DNA of 52,574 nucleotides from a virus. The notes under the pieces were generated by a model that saw only the letters and a list, made by a program, of their open reading frames with translations, searched no databases and was not told where the DNA came from. Position 1 is the first letter of the stretch. Every line of letters begins with the position of its first letter. Location: UHGV virus genome UHGV-0212329. The stretch is one strand, 5' to 3'. Below are positions 1 to 7,981 of this stretch, in pieces. A program made the translations under genes and the position numbers.

Positions 1-410
1 TTGTATAAGGCTTTAAGCTATAATATATATATATTGTATCTTTATTCAAGGCTTTATACCTTTCAAAGGCTTTTTATTTATTCAAAGTCATTTAAGATAT
101 TATATATATTTATTCAAGGAATATATATATATATGATTTATACAAGGGATTTTAGATATATTCAAGGGAGGAGGGGCGGCGGGTTTCGGCACGGTGTTCG
201 TGTGAACATATATGAATATATGCAAGGAAATAAACAGAACTTTATAATTTTTTCAAGGGTTAAAAACTGCTATTAAGCGTTAAAGCTGCTTTCGATATGT
301 TTTAATATTTAATAGATATTTAAACATATTGACAAATGCAAGGGAATTTACAAGGCTTTTGGAACCTCCCGGGGGTGGGTTTTCGACCTATTTATAACGA
401 TTCAAGGCGA
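1..410 (+). repeat. AT-rich non-coding region with iterated T(T/A/G)CAAGG / AAGGCTTT motifs and (TA)n tracts
   Basis: About 12 same-orientation copies (near 4, 45, 63, 114, 141, 161, 221, 252, 337, 349, 401); three more at about 52496, 52530 and 52558. Confidence 0.7.
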
Positions 411-506
411 GAAAACCGCTTATCTGCCTCCCATGAGAGGTAGTTCTGAAAAGGGTTATGAGGGGCAATGTGGCGATAAAGTGACAATAGAATAGAGGAG
501 AAATAA

Positions 507-535
507 TTGACAGAACGAAAAAAGTATGGTATAAG
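507..535 (+). promoter_or_regulatory. SigmaA-type promoter driving the ncRNA/tRNA locus
   Basis: TTGACA (507-512), 17-bp spacer ending TGG, TATAAG (530-535). Confidence 0.75.
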
Positions 536-540
536 AGGGG

Positions 541-875
541 TGTCGACGGAAGGGGCGTAGCTTTACTGAAGAGAGCGGAGAGGAACGGTCGGCGTTGTTG
601 GTGTAGGGTAAGAGCGATAAGCACGAAAGAGGCGCAGTAGGTACCGATTGCGTGGAGTAGTGGGGGCAGTGGTTTGGCTGAGGAGCGGCTGGTGTAAAGA
701 AAGGCAGTTAGCTCCTAAGCGTAAGAATCATGGTAAGCTCAATAATAGCTCAGATTGGAAATGAGACATCTTCAAACAGTCTTCAGTGGCGAGGGGCGAA
801 AAGAGGCTCTTCACGGGTTTATGATACGCTGTCAGTCGTTTACCGTGGTAAAGCGAAAACAAACGGCAGACAGAC
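541..875 (+). ncRNA. Putative large structured non-coding RNA upstream of the tRNAs
   Basis: Starts at the predicted TSS with no credible ORF. Nested helices rich in G-U pairs: 541-547/588-594, 632-638/647-653, 681-691/705-716, 719-740/815-829, 791-797/806-812, 829-841/861-873. Confidence 0.55.
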
Positions 876-880
876 ATTAT

Positions 881-959
881 AGGGGAATAGCCAAGTATGG
901 TAAAGGCATCGCCCTTTGACGGCGAGACTGCGTAAGTTCGAATCTTACTTCCCCTGCCA
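881..959 (+). tRNA. trnQ: tRNA-Gln(TTG)
   Basis: Acceptor AGGGGAA/TTCCCCT, anticodon arm TCGCC-CTTTGAC-GGCGA, T-loop GTTCGAATC, encoded CCA. Confidence 0.93.
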
Positions 960-982
960 AGTTTGCGTAGGAAAGAGAATAT

Positions 983-1057
983 GCGAGAGTAATTTAGCGG
1001 CAAGAATGATAGTTTCCCAAATTGTCAGTACGGGTTCGACTCCCGTCTCTCGCTCCA
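983..1057 (+). tRNA. trnG: tRNA-Gly(CCC)
   Basis: Acceptor GCGAGAG/CTCTCGC, U discriminator, CCA; anticodon loop TTCCCAA on a weak stem ATAGT/ATTGT; T-arm GGGTTCGACTCCC. Confidence 0.9.
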
Positions 1058-1157
1058 AGGTTTTATTTTTGTGCAATAGAGGGAACGTGGCATTTACTGG
1101 AGGAAGGTAAATGCGGTGTTGACGAAGAGGCTTATATTTTGTGAAGTTATAGTATAT

Positions 1158-1233
1158 GCTGCAATAGCTCAACCGGCAGAGCAACTGCCTTGTAAGCAGT
1201 AGGTTATGGGTTCGACTCCAATTTGCAGCTCCA
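1158..1233 (+). tRNA. trnT: tRNA-Thr(TGT)
   Basis: Acceptor GCTGCAA/TTGCAGC, D-arm GCTC/GAGC, anticodon arm ACTGC-CTTGTAA-GCAGT, GGTTCGACTCC, CCA. Confidence 0.95.
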
Positions 1234-1460
1234 GTCCTGAGTGTGGGGACAAAATACTCCTTTCATCGTTATTCCCGAGATAAAGAAAGTGGCGGATAGT
1301 TTTTTAGCGGTTTTTGAAACCAGCCACGACGGGAGTGAGTATGGATACGCATAATACGCATGTATCTGTATCAATCGAGCATTCTTGTGATTGCGCAAAG
1401 GTAAGGAAACAAAACTGCCTTTTATTTCCATATTGCGGGTGAGAATCCCGCCAAGATTCG
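1234..1460 (+). ncRNA. Putative structured RNA downstream of tRNA-Thr, containing a T-loop hairpin
   Basis: Helices 1254-1259/1337-1342, 1271-1277/1330-1336, 1289-1293/1323-1327, 1343-1348/1362-1367, 1383-1387/1452-1456; T-loop arm GCGGG-TGAGAAT-CCCGC at 1435-1451. Confidence 0.5.
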
Positions 1461-1484
1461 CTCGGCTAACTGCCGAGCTTTTCT
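1460..1484 (+). terminator. Intrinsic terminator ending the tRNA/ncRNA transcript
   Basis: GCTCGGC-TAACT-GCCGAGC followed by TTTTCT. Confidence 0.6.
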
Positions 1485-1560
1485 CGTTAGTCCCCGAGCT
1501 TTCTCCCATTAACTGCGCTATTGTCTCTAAAATATTTTCTTAGCATTTCCTTGCAATTTT

Positions 1561-1830
1561 TTAGTAAGAGGATTTCGCTATTTAGTAACACTTTTTTAGT
1601 AACAAAATTTAGTAACAAAATAAAATAAACTATAACAAACTGCATTAAAGTGTTAAGAGAAAACGGTACATAATTGCATATAAATAAAGATAAAACCCTC
1701 AAGATTAGAGGGTTTTGTGTATTTAGTACAAAATGAAAGATTGTTGTCTACAAATATGTTGTGTATCAGTATATAATACAATCACAATATATAGTGGTAA
1801 AAGTGGCATAGTAACACTTTAGTAACAAAA
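1561..1830. other. Putative attP region with integrase arm-type repeats
   Basis: (T)TAGTAACA direct repeats at 1582, 1596, 1609, 1809 and 1819 flank a roughly 190-bp core region immediately downstream of the integrase. Confidence 0.7.
1692..1716. terminator. Hairpin (bidirectional terminator-like, or att core)
   Basis: AAAACCCTC-AAGATTA-GAGGGTTTT inverted repeat. Confidence 0.55.
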
Positions 1831-1855
1831 TGTTTGAATTTTTTATTTTTGTGTA

Positions 1856-3007
1856 TTACACAATTTTGGCTATAATATTAGCTTTATCTGATTCGTAAAG
1901 ATGACCGTAAGTTTTAAGTATTTGTTCGGGGGTATCGCCAATAAGGGAAGCCACGACGTAGACGGAAGCTCCGAGGTGAATACACATAGAAACGAATGAA
2001 TGACGCAAGTCGTGCATGCGAATACGTTTAACCCCTGACTTAGCTATATAACGGTTAAATATCCTGTAGAGAGTATTGTCAGAAATAGGGTTTTCCCCGC
2101 CAAAGTAGAACGGAGATTGCGGTGTATAATTTGCGAGTTCTTTTTTTAGCGGCTCGCAAATTATCGTGCTGTCTTTTTTTTCGTTCTTTGTGGAAGTAAT
2201 TGTATAAGTTCCTTTGCTTAAAGTTTTTCTTGAATAAGTTTTTGAAAATACAATCTTGTCTTTTAATACGTCCTTATCTGATAGAGCGATAACTTCGCCT
2301 TTGCGTCTGCCGGTAAAGAACAGCATTGCAAATATAGCTCGGTATGTCGGATTGTCTACTACTTCGATAAACTTATCAAATTCCGCTCTTGTCCAAAACT
2401 GCATTTCGGTTTTACTAACTCTTGTTTTAGGCTTCTTTACCGAGCGCAGATTGTTTGGAAGATCGTAGCGGTTTTCTACCCAAGTCAAAAAAGAGGAAAG
2501 TTGTGTGCGAATAGTGGAGAGGTATTTTGATGAAAGTTGCTTGCCTTCTCTAACCGACTTTTTGTTCCATAATTCGTCTTGCCATTCGTAAAGTCTTTGC
2601 TTTGTTAATTCGGTTATTTTTGCGGTACCAAGCGTTGGCAATATATCGAATTTGAATATTCTAAGCTTCTCACATATCGTAGATTCTTTGTTCTGTCCAT
2701 GCAGCGCAGAGATGTAAAGAGGGAATAGGGCATTGACTGTTAATTCTGTTTTACTTGCGTGTGTCTTTGCGTCTGCGGCTTTTTGCTTTATGGCAGGATT
2801 ATCCTTTAGAAGCTCACAATGCTTGTTTATAAACTCTATGTGCGCTTGTTTGACTAATGCTTTAGTCTTGTATCCACTCAACCGCTTTTGCTTAGATTTG
2901 CCGTCTAAAGTCGTTACACGAAAAACTATATCGTATACTTTGCCGTTAAGTTTGGTTGTCCTCTCTTGAATGTTTGCCTTATTACTGCTTATATAGTATT
3001 TTTCCAT
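1856..3007 (-). CDS. int: Tyrosine integrase
   Basis: N-terminal arm-binding-type segment (KQKRLSGYKTK), then TGRRKGE, TKN, RMHDLRHS and ILKTYGH catalytic motifs. Confidence 0.95.
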   Translation of the reverse strand: MEKYYISSNKANIQERTTKLNGKVYDIVFRVTTLDGKSKQKRLSGYKTKALVKQAHIEFINKHCELLKDNPAIKQKAADAKTHASKTELTVNALFPLYISALHGQNKESTICEKLRIFKFDILPTLGTAKITELTKQRLYEWQDELWNKKSVREGKQLSSKYLSTIRTQLSSFLTWVENRYDLPNNLRSVKKPKTRVSKTEMQFWTRAEFDKFIEVVDNPTYRAIFAMLFFTGRRKGEVIALSDKDVLKDKIVFSKTYSRKTLSKGTYTITSTKNEKKDSTIICEPLKKELANYTPQSPFYFGGENPISDNTLYRIFNRYIAKSGVKRIRMHDLRHSFVSMCIHLGASVYVVASLIGDTPEQILKTYGHLYESDKANIIAKIV

Positions 3008-3017
3008 AATCCGAATT

Positions 3018-3347
3018 TTATTTACGGTCTATCGTTTCGTTTAAGTCAGTAAGTTTATGTACGCACTCATCGAAATACGAAAACAAAGTAAATATAAAAT
3101 GCTTGATTGCTACTATTACGAGAAGTAATCCTACGCCAAATGCGGTGATAAGAACAAATCCAAGGATTACAAGAAACTGCATGTGAAGACCTGTCCATAA
3201 TGCCGTCATTATTGTTCCGTACAGCCCTAATAAAATAATTAGACCGGGAAGAATGTAAAAGTAATTAAGGATATTCAAAATCTTGACTATACGATTTTGT
3301 CTTTGCCTATCTCGCCATTGTTCTTCCTTTAATTCGTCTTGTTCCAT
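3018..3347 (-). CDS. Small two-TM membrane protein in the lysogeny module
   Basis: Two long hydrophobic segments; AGGAG RBS. Confidence 0.75.
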   Translation of the reverse strand: MEQDELKEEQWRDRQRQNRIVKILNILNYFYILPGLIILLGLYGTIMTALWTGLHMQFLVILGFVLITAFGVGLLLVIVAIKHFIFTLFSYFDECVHKLTDLNETIDRK

Positions 3348-3392
3348 TTCTTTATTCTCCTATTTATAATATTTTCCAAAGAGTAGGGCAAA

Positions 3393-3854
3393 TCAGGAAA
3401 TGCAATTTTTAATATCTTCGCCAATTATTTCTTGTGTGCGTATAAAACCGATATTAGGATTGCATAAGACCCAGATAAGCAAAAAAACGAATATTGCGAT
3501 CATGGCTACGCAGAGGATAGTAAGATTTCGTATCCATCTATTTTTCGCCATTAAACTTAGCTCATAAACTCTAATAAGTCTATCATTATCGCTAAGACGC
3601 ACTATTCGTTCTTCTCCAATATTACTATTGTTAGTATTCTCGCTGTTATCATTAACAACCAAGGCTTCTTCTACGTCGGAAACACTACCGTCCATAGCCT
3701 TTATCATCGATATTACGGTGCTGAAGCTTGGCTCGGGAGTTTGCCCCGACATAATCCTTTTTACCGTAGCTGTTGGCACGTCGCTTTTATCCGAGATTTC
3801 CTGCAACGTCATGTTCGACCGCTCTTTTAACTCTTGCAATTTCTTGTGCAACAT
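3393..3854 (-). CDS. XRE-family HTH protein with C-terminal transmembrane helix
   Basis: MTLQEISDKSDVPTATVKRIMSG HTH; hydrophobic LTILCVAMIAIFVFLLIWVL. Confidence 0.85.
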   Translation of the reverse strand: MLHKKLQELKERSNMTLQEISDKSDVPTATVKRIMSGQTPEPSFSTVISMIKAMDGSVSDVEEALVVNDNSENTNNSNIGEERIVRLSDNDRLIRVYELSLMAKNRWIRNLTILCVAMIAIFVFLLIWVLCNPNIGFIRTQEIIGEDIKNCIS

Positions 3855-4141
3855 AATTCTTTAGCGTCTCCTTTAAACTTACGAAATGGGCTTGGAACGC
3901 CAAAATGTCGCTCAGGCTCATAATTGATACCTAAAAGTGTCGTTATTAAGACACAAAAGTCGCATATTTGCTATTGTCTTTTCTTTCTATGTATGTTATG
4001 TTTGAATCGTAAATAGCGGAGTTAATACACCAAATATTAAAAAATGTAATTTCAAAAATTTCACATTAAATATAACATAACGGTGGCATCATTACTATGC
4101 TATTATACTAACAAAACTCAAAAGGAAAGGAGAACCCGCTA

Positions 4142-4291
4142 ATGAAAGAACTAACCAAAAAACAGATGAAAGAACTAAGACCAAAGCAACAAGAACTTCT
4201 ATCTGCACTATTAGCCGCTAAACTATCGGCTAAAATGTTGGACACTTTAATTCAAAAAGCGATAGAAATTAAAACTAACTCTCCAAAATAA
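4142..4291 (+). CDS. Small hypothetical protein (49 aa, MKELTKKQMKELRPKQ...)
   Basis: AAGGAG RBS, ATG 4142 to TAA 4291; below the ORF-track cutoff. Confidence 0.55.
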   Translation: MKELTKKQMKELRPKQQELLSALLAAKLSAKMLDTLIQKAIEIKTNSPK

Positions 4292-4323
4292 AACCTCGGT
4301 TATCTTTGCCTATATGTAATCAC

Positions 4324-4656
4324 TTATTTTTTATTACCAAATTGCTTAATCATTTGCAGCAGTAAATCTATTTGTTCGTCGGATAATGTTTTAGAAAATT
4401 CTAAGAGTTGTTCCTCTTTAGGGGACAGCTCTATTTTTTTGTTATTTTCCGTCGTCGATGTTGTCGTTCCACCTAAAAGGTAGTCTACCGATACGCCGAA
4501 ATAATCTGCAATTTTCTTTACTGTGCTTGGTCTTGGTGTTGCCTCTGTCTTTTTCCAGTTGGTAACTACCGATTTTGAGAACCCAAGATTAACAGCAAGC
4601 GTTGTCATAGCGATACCGTTTTGATTGCATAAGTCCGAAACCTTTTTATAGAACAT
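4324..4656 (-). CDS. CI-like XRE-family repressor
   Basis: HTH (LAVNLGFSKSVVTNWKK...KIADYFGVSVDYLLG), divergent from the early lytic operon. Confidence 0.88.
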   Translation of the reverse strand: MFYKKVSDLCNQNGIAMTTLAVNLGFSKSVVTNWKKTEATPRPSTVKKIADYFGVSVDYLLGGTTTSTTENNKKIELSPKEEQLLEFSKTLSDEQIDLLLQMIKQFGNKK

Positions 4657-4711
4657 AAAAGAACCTCCGAAAAATTTTTTGAAGTAAATCGAACTTTTTG
4701 GAACAAAACGC

Positions 4712-4740
4712 TTGACAAACCAATTTTATAGTGATAAAAT
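4712..4740 (+). promoter_or_regulatory. Rightward (lytic) promoter
   Basis: TTGACA, 17 bp, TG-A-TAAAAT. Confidence 0.75.
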
Positions 4741-4843
4741 GAACTTAATCAACGAAAGAGTACAATATGCAACTGCATTAAGCTCGCTTTCGAGAGACGA
4801 CGGCGGCTCGGTTTGGTTCTATTAGGTTTTACTCACCACAAAC

Positions 4844-4872
4844 ACTATAGCACTAAACTAAAACAAAGTCAA
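4844..4872 (-). promoter_or_regulatory. Leftward promoter facing the lytic promoter
   Basis: On the minus strand: TTGACT, 17 bp, TG-C-TATAGT. Confidence 0.7.
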
Positions 4873-4905
4873 GCAAATTAAACTAAATTTTAAAAGGAGG
4901 TACCT

Positions 4906-5100
4906 ATGGATAAGCAATATTACACTTGCGCAGAGGTAGCACAAATCTATGGTGTAAAAGTTGACACTATATGGGCTTGGGTAAGAAACGGCAAGCTCGG
5001 AAGTGTTAGGATTGGACAACGCTACAGAATTAGAAAGCAAGATCTTGATTCTTTTGCCGTAGTAAATGACAATAAAACAATAAACAGAAATATTTTTTAA
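4906..5100 (+). CDS. HTH_17 excisionase/Cro-like DNA-binding protein
   Basis: YYTCAEVAQIYGVKVDTIWAWVRNGKLGSVRIGQRYRI; AAGGAGG RBS. Confidence 0.88.
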   Translation: MDKQYYTCAEVAQIYGVKVDTIWAWVRNGKLGSVRIGQRYRIRKQDLDSFAVVNDNKTINRNIF

Positions 5101-5113
5101 GGAGAAAAGAAAA

Positions 5114-5629
5114 ATGGGAATTAAAGATATTTTACTTATCGTTGACGCTGTTGCGTTGCTTATTGCTTTAGCGGTATTAACGTTATTTTTTATGATGTAT
5201 CGTTCGCTATCGAAAGAAAGCAAGGAACAGCTCTTTCATTACGAAAACTTGGCTCGACGCTATCAAACCTTACAAGCGAAGCACGACCAACTTGCTGCGG
5301 CTTGTGCTGATGAAGTTTATTTTGATAAGCAAACTTTGACTTTTGTAAAGAAAGAGAAGAATGATAAGAAGGACGCCCCGACACAGACGATGGCAGAAGA
5401 AAAAGCAAGTTCAATCATTGATTTGCCTTTACAAAAAAAGCCAGCAAAAGTAAAAATGATACCTATTGAGGAGTACGTTCCGATAGGCAAAACTCAAGAA
5501 AAAAGGAAGCGGCAGATAAAAAAACGACAGTTAAACCGTCGCCGAAAAAGTCAAGCACATCAAAAAAAGGCACAAGAAGTAATAAAAAGGAGGAAAACAA
5601 GAAATGTCAGAACTCACAGAAGTAATTGA
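5114..5629 (+). CDS. Hypothetical protein with N-terminal TM anchor; C-terminus possibly frameshifted
   Basis: N-terminal hydrophobic helix, coiled coil, AAGGAG RBS. Confidence 0.7.
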   Translation: MGIKDILLIVDAVALLIALAVLTLFFMMYRSLSKESKEQLFHYENLARRYQTLQAKHDQLAAACADEVYFDKQTLTFVKKEKNDKKDAPTQTMAEEKASSIIDLPLQKKPAKVKMIPIEEYVPIGKTQEKRKRQIKKRQLNRRRKSQAHQKKAQEVIKRRKTRNVRTHRSN

Positions 5630-5936
5630 GGACAAGCCGTTTGTAGATGAATACGAACTTAAGTGGGCAGAAGAACGAGCAGAAGAACTCAGCACGCTTT
5701 TAAACATTAGCGAACTGGGGGCGGTGTGTTTTTTCAAACGAAAAATCGAAGAAGTAACGCAGCTCCCGAATATAACGGTGGAAACGGTTTGTGAATTTGC
5801 CAAATCTTTGTCCAACGCCGTAGAAAGCCTCTACAACTTGCGTTCTGAGTGTGACAACAAAATTTCAAGGGTAACGGCGTTACGTAGCTCTTATATGGCA
5901 AAGAACGGTTCAAATGGGGAGATAAACAGCAAATGA
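5604..5936 (+). CDS. Hypothetical protein
   Basis: AGGAGG RBS; coupled to neighbouring genes. Confidence 0.75.
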   Translation: MSELTEVIEDKPFVDEYELKWAEERAEELSTLLNISELGAVCFFKRKIEEVTQLPNITVETVCEFAKSLSNAVESLYNLRSECDNKISRVTALRSSYMAKNGSNGEINSK

Positions 5937-6190
5937 CATTTGAAGAACGCAAAAATATATTGTCAAAAGACGTTTTGGACGTTGACGATATAAGCAAGTT
6001 GCTTGGAGTAACAAAACAAACAGCTTATGCCGTAATAAGAAGAATTAAGTTTAAAACAGATAGACTCGGTATTCAAGGCAAAATTCTCATACAGGATTAT
6101 GTCGACTATTTTAACTTAGATCTTCGCCGTTATATTGTCGGACAAGAACAAATTGAAGAAGAGATTTGCAAGGAGGAAAAAATATCATGA
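5933..6190 (+). CDS. Small HTH DNA-binding protein (excisionase-like)
   Basis: LDVDDISKLLGVTKQTAYAVIR. Confidence 0.7.
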   Translation: MTFEERKNILSKDVLDVDDISKLLGVTKQTAYAVIRRIKFKTDRLGIQGKILIQDYVDYFNLDLRRYIVGQEQIEEEICKEEKIS

Positions 6191-6633
6191 ACAATATAAG
6201 TTTAATCGGAAACCTTGTTGCGACTCCTGAATTAAAAGGAACATCGGGTGGCTTAGAATACTGCAGCTTTTCTATAGCGGTACGCAGAGAGTTCGCTAAA
6301 AATGACGATGTAGATTTTATCCCGGTCAAGGTTTGGGGCAAAATAGCTAACGCTTGTTGTAGCAATTTAAAAAAGGGCAGTAAAGTGGCTATTATCGGTA
6401 CTCTTCGCCAAGAGCGATATGCCGATAAGGACGGTAATAGTAAGTCATTCTTTAATGTGGTTGCAAGTAACGTAGAGTTTCTTTTTTCAAAGGCTAACTA
6501 CGATAGCGAGCGAGTTGAAGATAACAGTGAATCACAACAAAGCAACCAAAGCAACAAACCTCAATGGCGCACCCCGACGCATAGTCCGCAGATTTCATTT
6601 GAGCAAGTCGATGACGGCGAGTTGCCGTTCTAA
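6187..6633 (+). CDS. ssb: Single-stranded DNA-binding protein
   Basis: MNNISLIGNLVATPEL..., VDFIPVKVWG, acidic tail ending DDGELPF. Confidence 0.95.
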   Translation: MNNISLIGNLVATPELKGTSGGLEYCSFSIAVRREFAKNDDVDFIPVKVWGKIANACCSNLKKGSKVAIIGTLRQERYADKDGNSKSFFNVVASNVEFLFSKANYDSERVEDNSESQQSNQSNKPQWRTPTHSPQISFEQVDDGELPF

Positions 6634-6644
6634 AAGGAGCTATT

Positions 6645-7496
6645 ATGGCAGAAAGAAGAATGTTTGCAAAGTCAATAATAATGAGCGATGAATTTTTAGA
6701 TATGCCAGCGACTACAAGATGCTTATATTTTACACTCTGTATGTTTGCAGACGATGACGGTTTTGTAAATAATCCCAAAAGCATTATGCGTCAAACAAAT
6801 TCAGCTCTTGATGATATGAATATTCTTGTGACTAAAAAATTTGTTATTCCTTTTGAGGACGGTGTAATTGTAATCAAACATTGGAAAATTCATAATTACA
6901 TACAGTCGGATAGGAAAAAAGAAACGAAGTATGCAAAAGATAAAGCCACTTTATTTTTGGACGAAAATAAGGCTTATACGCAGAATATACAATCTGCAAA
7001 ATACACAGTAAACGGTGAACTTTTACAGCCCAAAAACGGTGTGGATACAGAATGTATACAAGTTGTATCCAAAATGGATACTCAGGTTAGTATAGGTAAG
7101 GATAGTATAGGTAAGGATAGTATAGATATATATAACGAACGAACGAACATAAATAAAAATAATATATTATCCTCTGCGTGCGTATGCGAGCGTGCGTGTG
7201 CGTGCGAGGGAGAGGAAGATAGCAACGAAAAGCCTTCTAAACCTTTTAAGCCTTACCCTCTTAAGCCTTTAAAGTCTTACGATGACGTAATGGACGATTG
7301 CCAAGTGCCTATTGAAGTAAGACCTGCGGTATCGGAATTTATAAAGCATTGTATATTGAACAAGCATGTATTAACTAACGACAAGCTTATGGATATACTT
7401 GTAACGCTTGATATGCAGAATACCGATAATGCTGGGAAGATAGCGGCATTAAAAGAAGCTATTAGCGGAGGGTATTGCGATGTCAAGCATATATAA
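6645..7496 (+). CDS. Phage replisome organizer / replication initiator
   Basis: MAERRMFAKSII...LYFTLCMFADDDGF...IKHWKIHNYI N-terminus; SIGKDSIGKD linker. Confidence 0.9.
   Translation: MAERRMFAKSIIMSDEFLDMPATTRCLYFTLCMFADDDGFVNNPKSIMRQTNSALDDMNILVTKKFVIPFEDGVIVIKHWKIHNYIQSDRKKETKYAKDKATLFLDENKAYTQNIQSAKYTVNGELLQPKNGVDTECIQVVSKMDTQVSIGKDSIGKDSIDIYNERTNINKNNILSSACVCERACACEGEEDSNEKPSKPFKPYPLKPLKSYDDVMDDCQVPIEVRPAVSEFIKHCILNKHVLTNDKLMDILVTLDMQNTDNAGKIAALKEAISGGYCDVKHI
7042..7125. repeat. Putative replication-origin iterons inside the initiator gene
   Basis: TGGATACA/TGTATACA/TGTATCCA/TGGATAC at 7042, 7053, 7064, 7075 (11-bp period), then AGTATAGGTAAGGAT twice and an AT-rich tract. Confidence 0.7.
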
Positions 7497-7704
7497 AGCA
7501 GTTTACATAAACAAGCATAATATAGACTTTGTGCCTATAACACCGGATTGGGAAGCCGCAATTTGTTTGGAGTGTCCATATCCTAACCGTAAGTGCAACG
7601 GTGAATGTAGTTACTATCTAAGTGAGCGAAAAAAACAGCGCCGTGAGATTAGAGAGGCGAGAATAGCAGAAAAAACAGTAAAAAGAAAGATAGGAGAAAA
7701 CTGA
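7480..7704 (+). CDS. Small Cys-rich hypothetical protein
   Basis: CLECPYPNRKCNGEC motif; GGAGG RBS. Confidence 0.7.
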   Translation: MSSIYKAVYINKHNIDFVPITPDWEAAICLECPYPNRKCNGECSYYLSERKKQRREIREARIAEKTVKRKIGEN

Positions 7705-7950
7705 ATGGGTGAATGTAAGGGAAAAACAAAGGCAACCAAGCATAACCAAGCAGAACGAATACTTAACTACTTGAAAGATTTTGGCTCGATAACACAGTAT
7801 GACGCTATGCGTGACTTAGGGATTATGCGACTTGGAGCAAGAATATGGGAGCTTAAACACAACGGTATTAACATAAAAAGCGAATACATCGCAGTTAAGA
7901 ATCGTTACGGCGATAATTGCTATGTAAAGAGTTACAGCATAGCCGAATAA
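7705..7950 (+). CDS. Winged-helix (HTH_39-like) phage protein
   Basis: QAERILNYLKDFGSITQYDAMRDLGIMRLGARIWELK. Confidence 0.85.
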   Translation: MGECKGKTKATKHNQAERILNYLKDFGSITQYDAMRDLGIMRLGARIWELKHNGINIKSEYIAVKNRYGDNCYVKSYSIAE

Positions 7951-7981
7951 AAAATAACATTTTTAGGAGAAAAAAAACAAT

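Noticed and set aside
960..1157. HDV-like (theta) ribozymes after the tRNAs
   Set aside because: Only simple hairpins are visible (for example GCATTTAC/GTAAATGC); I could not build the nested double pseudoknot.
1245..1495. tmRNA
   Set aside because: GGGGAC and a T-arm-like hairpin are present, but there is no matching acceptor stem with CCA after the T-arm and no convincing tag ORF.
1..1702. ORF-track ORFs in the first 1.7 kb
   Set aside because: They overlap tRNAs, structured RNA or low-complexity DNA and lack RBSs.
1561..1830. TTAGTAACA repeats as a CRISPR array
   Set aside because: The repeats are 9 bp with irregular short spacing; they fit integrase arm sites better.
5495..5629. Programmed -1 frameshift at the A6 run (the -1 frame reads EAADKKTTVKPSPKK...)
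   Set aside because: The run is not phased as a canonical slippery heptamer; a one-base indel or assembly error is simpler.
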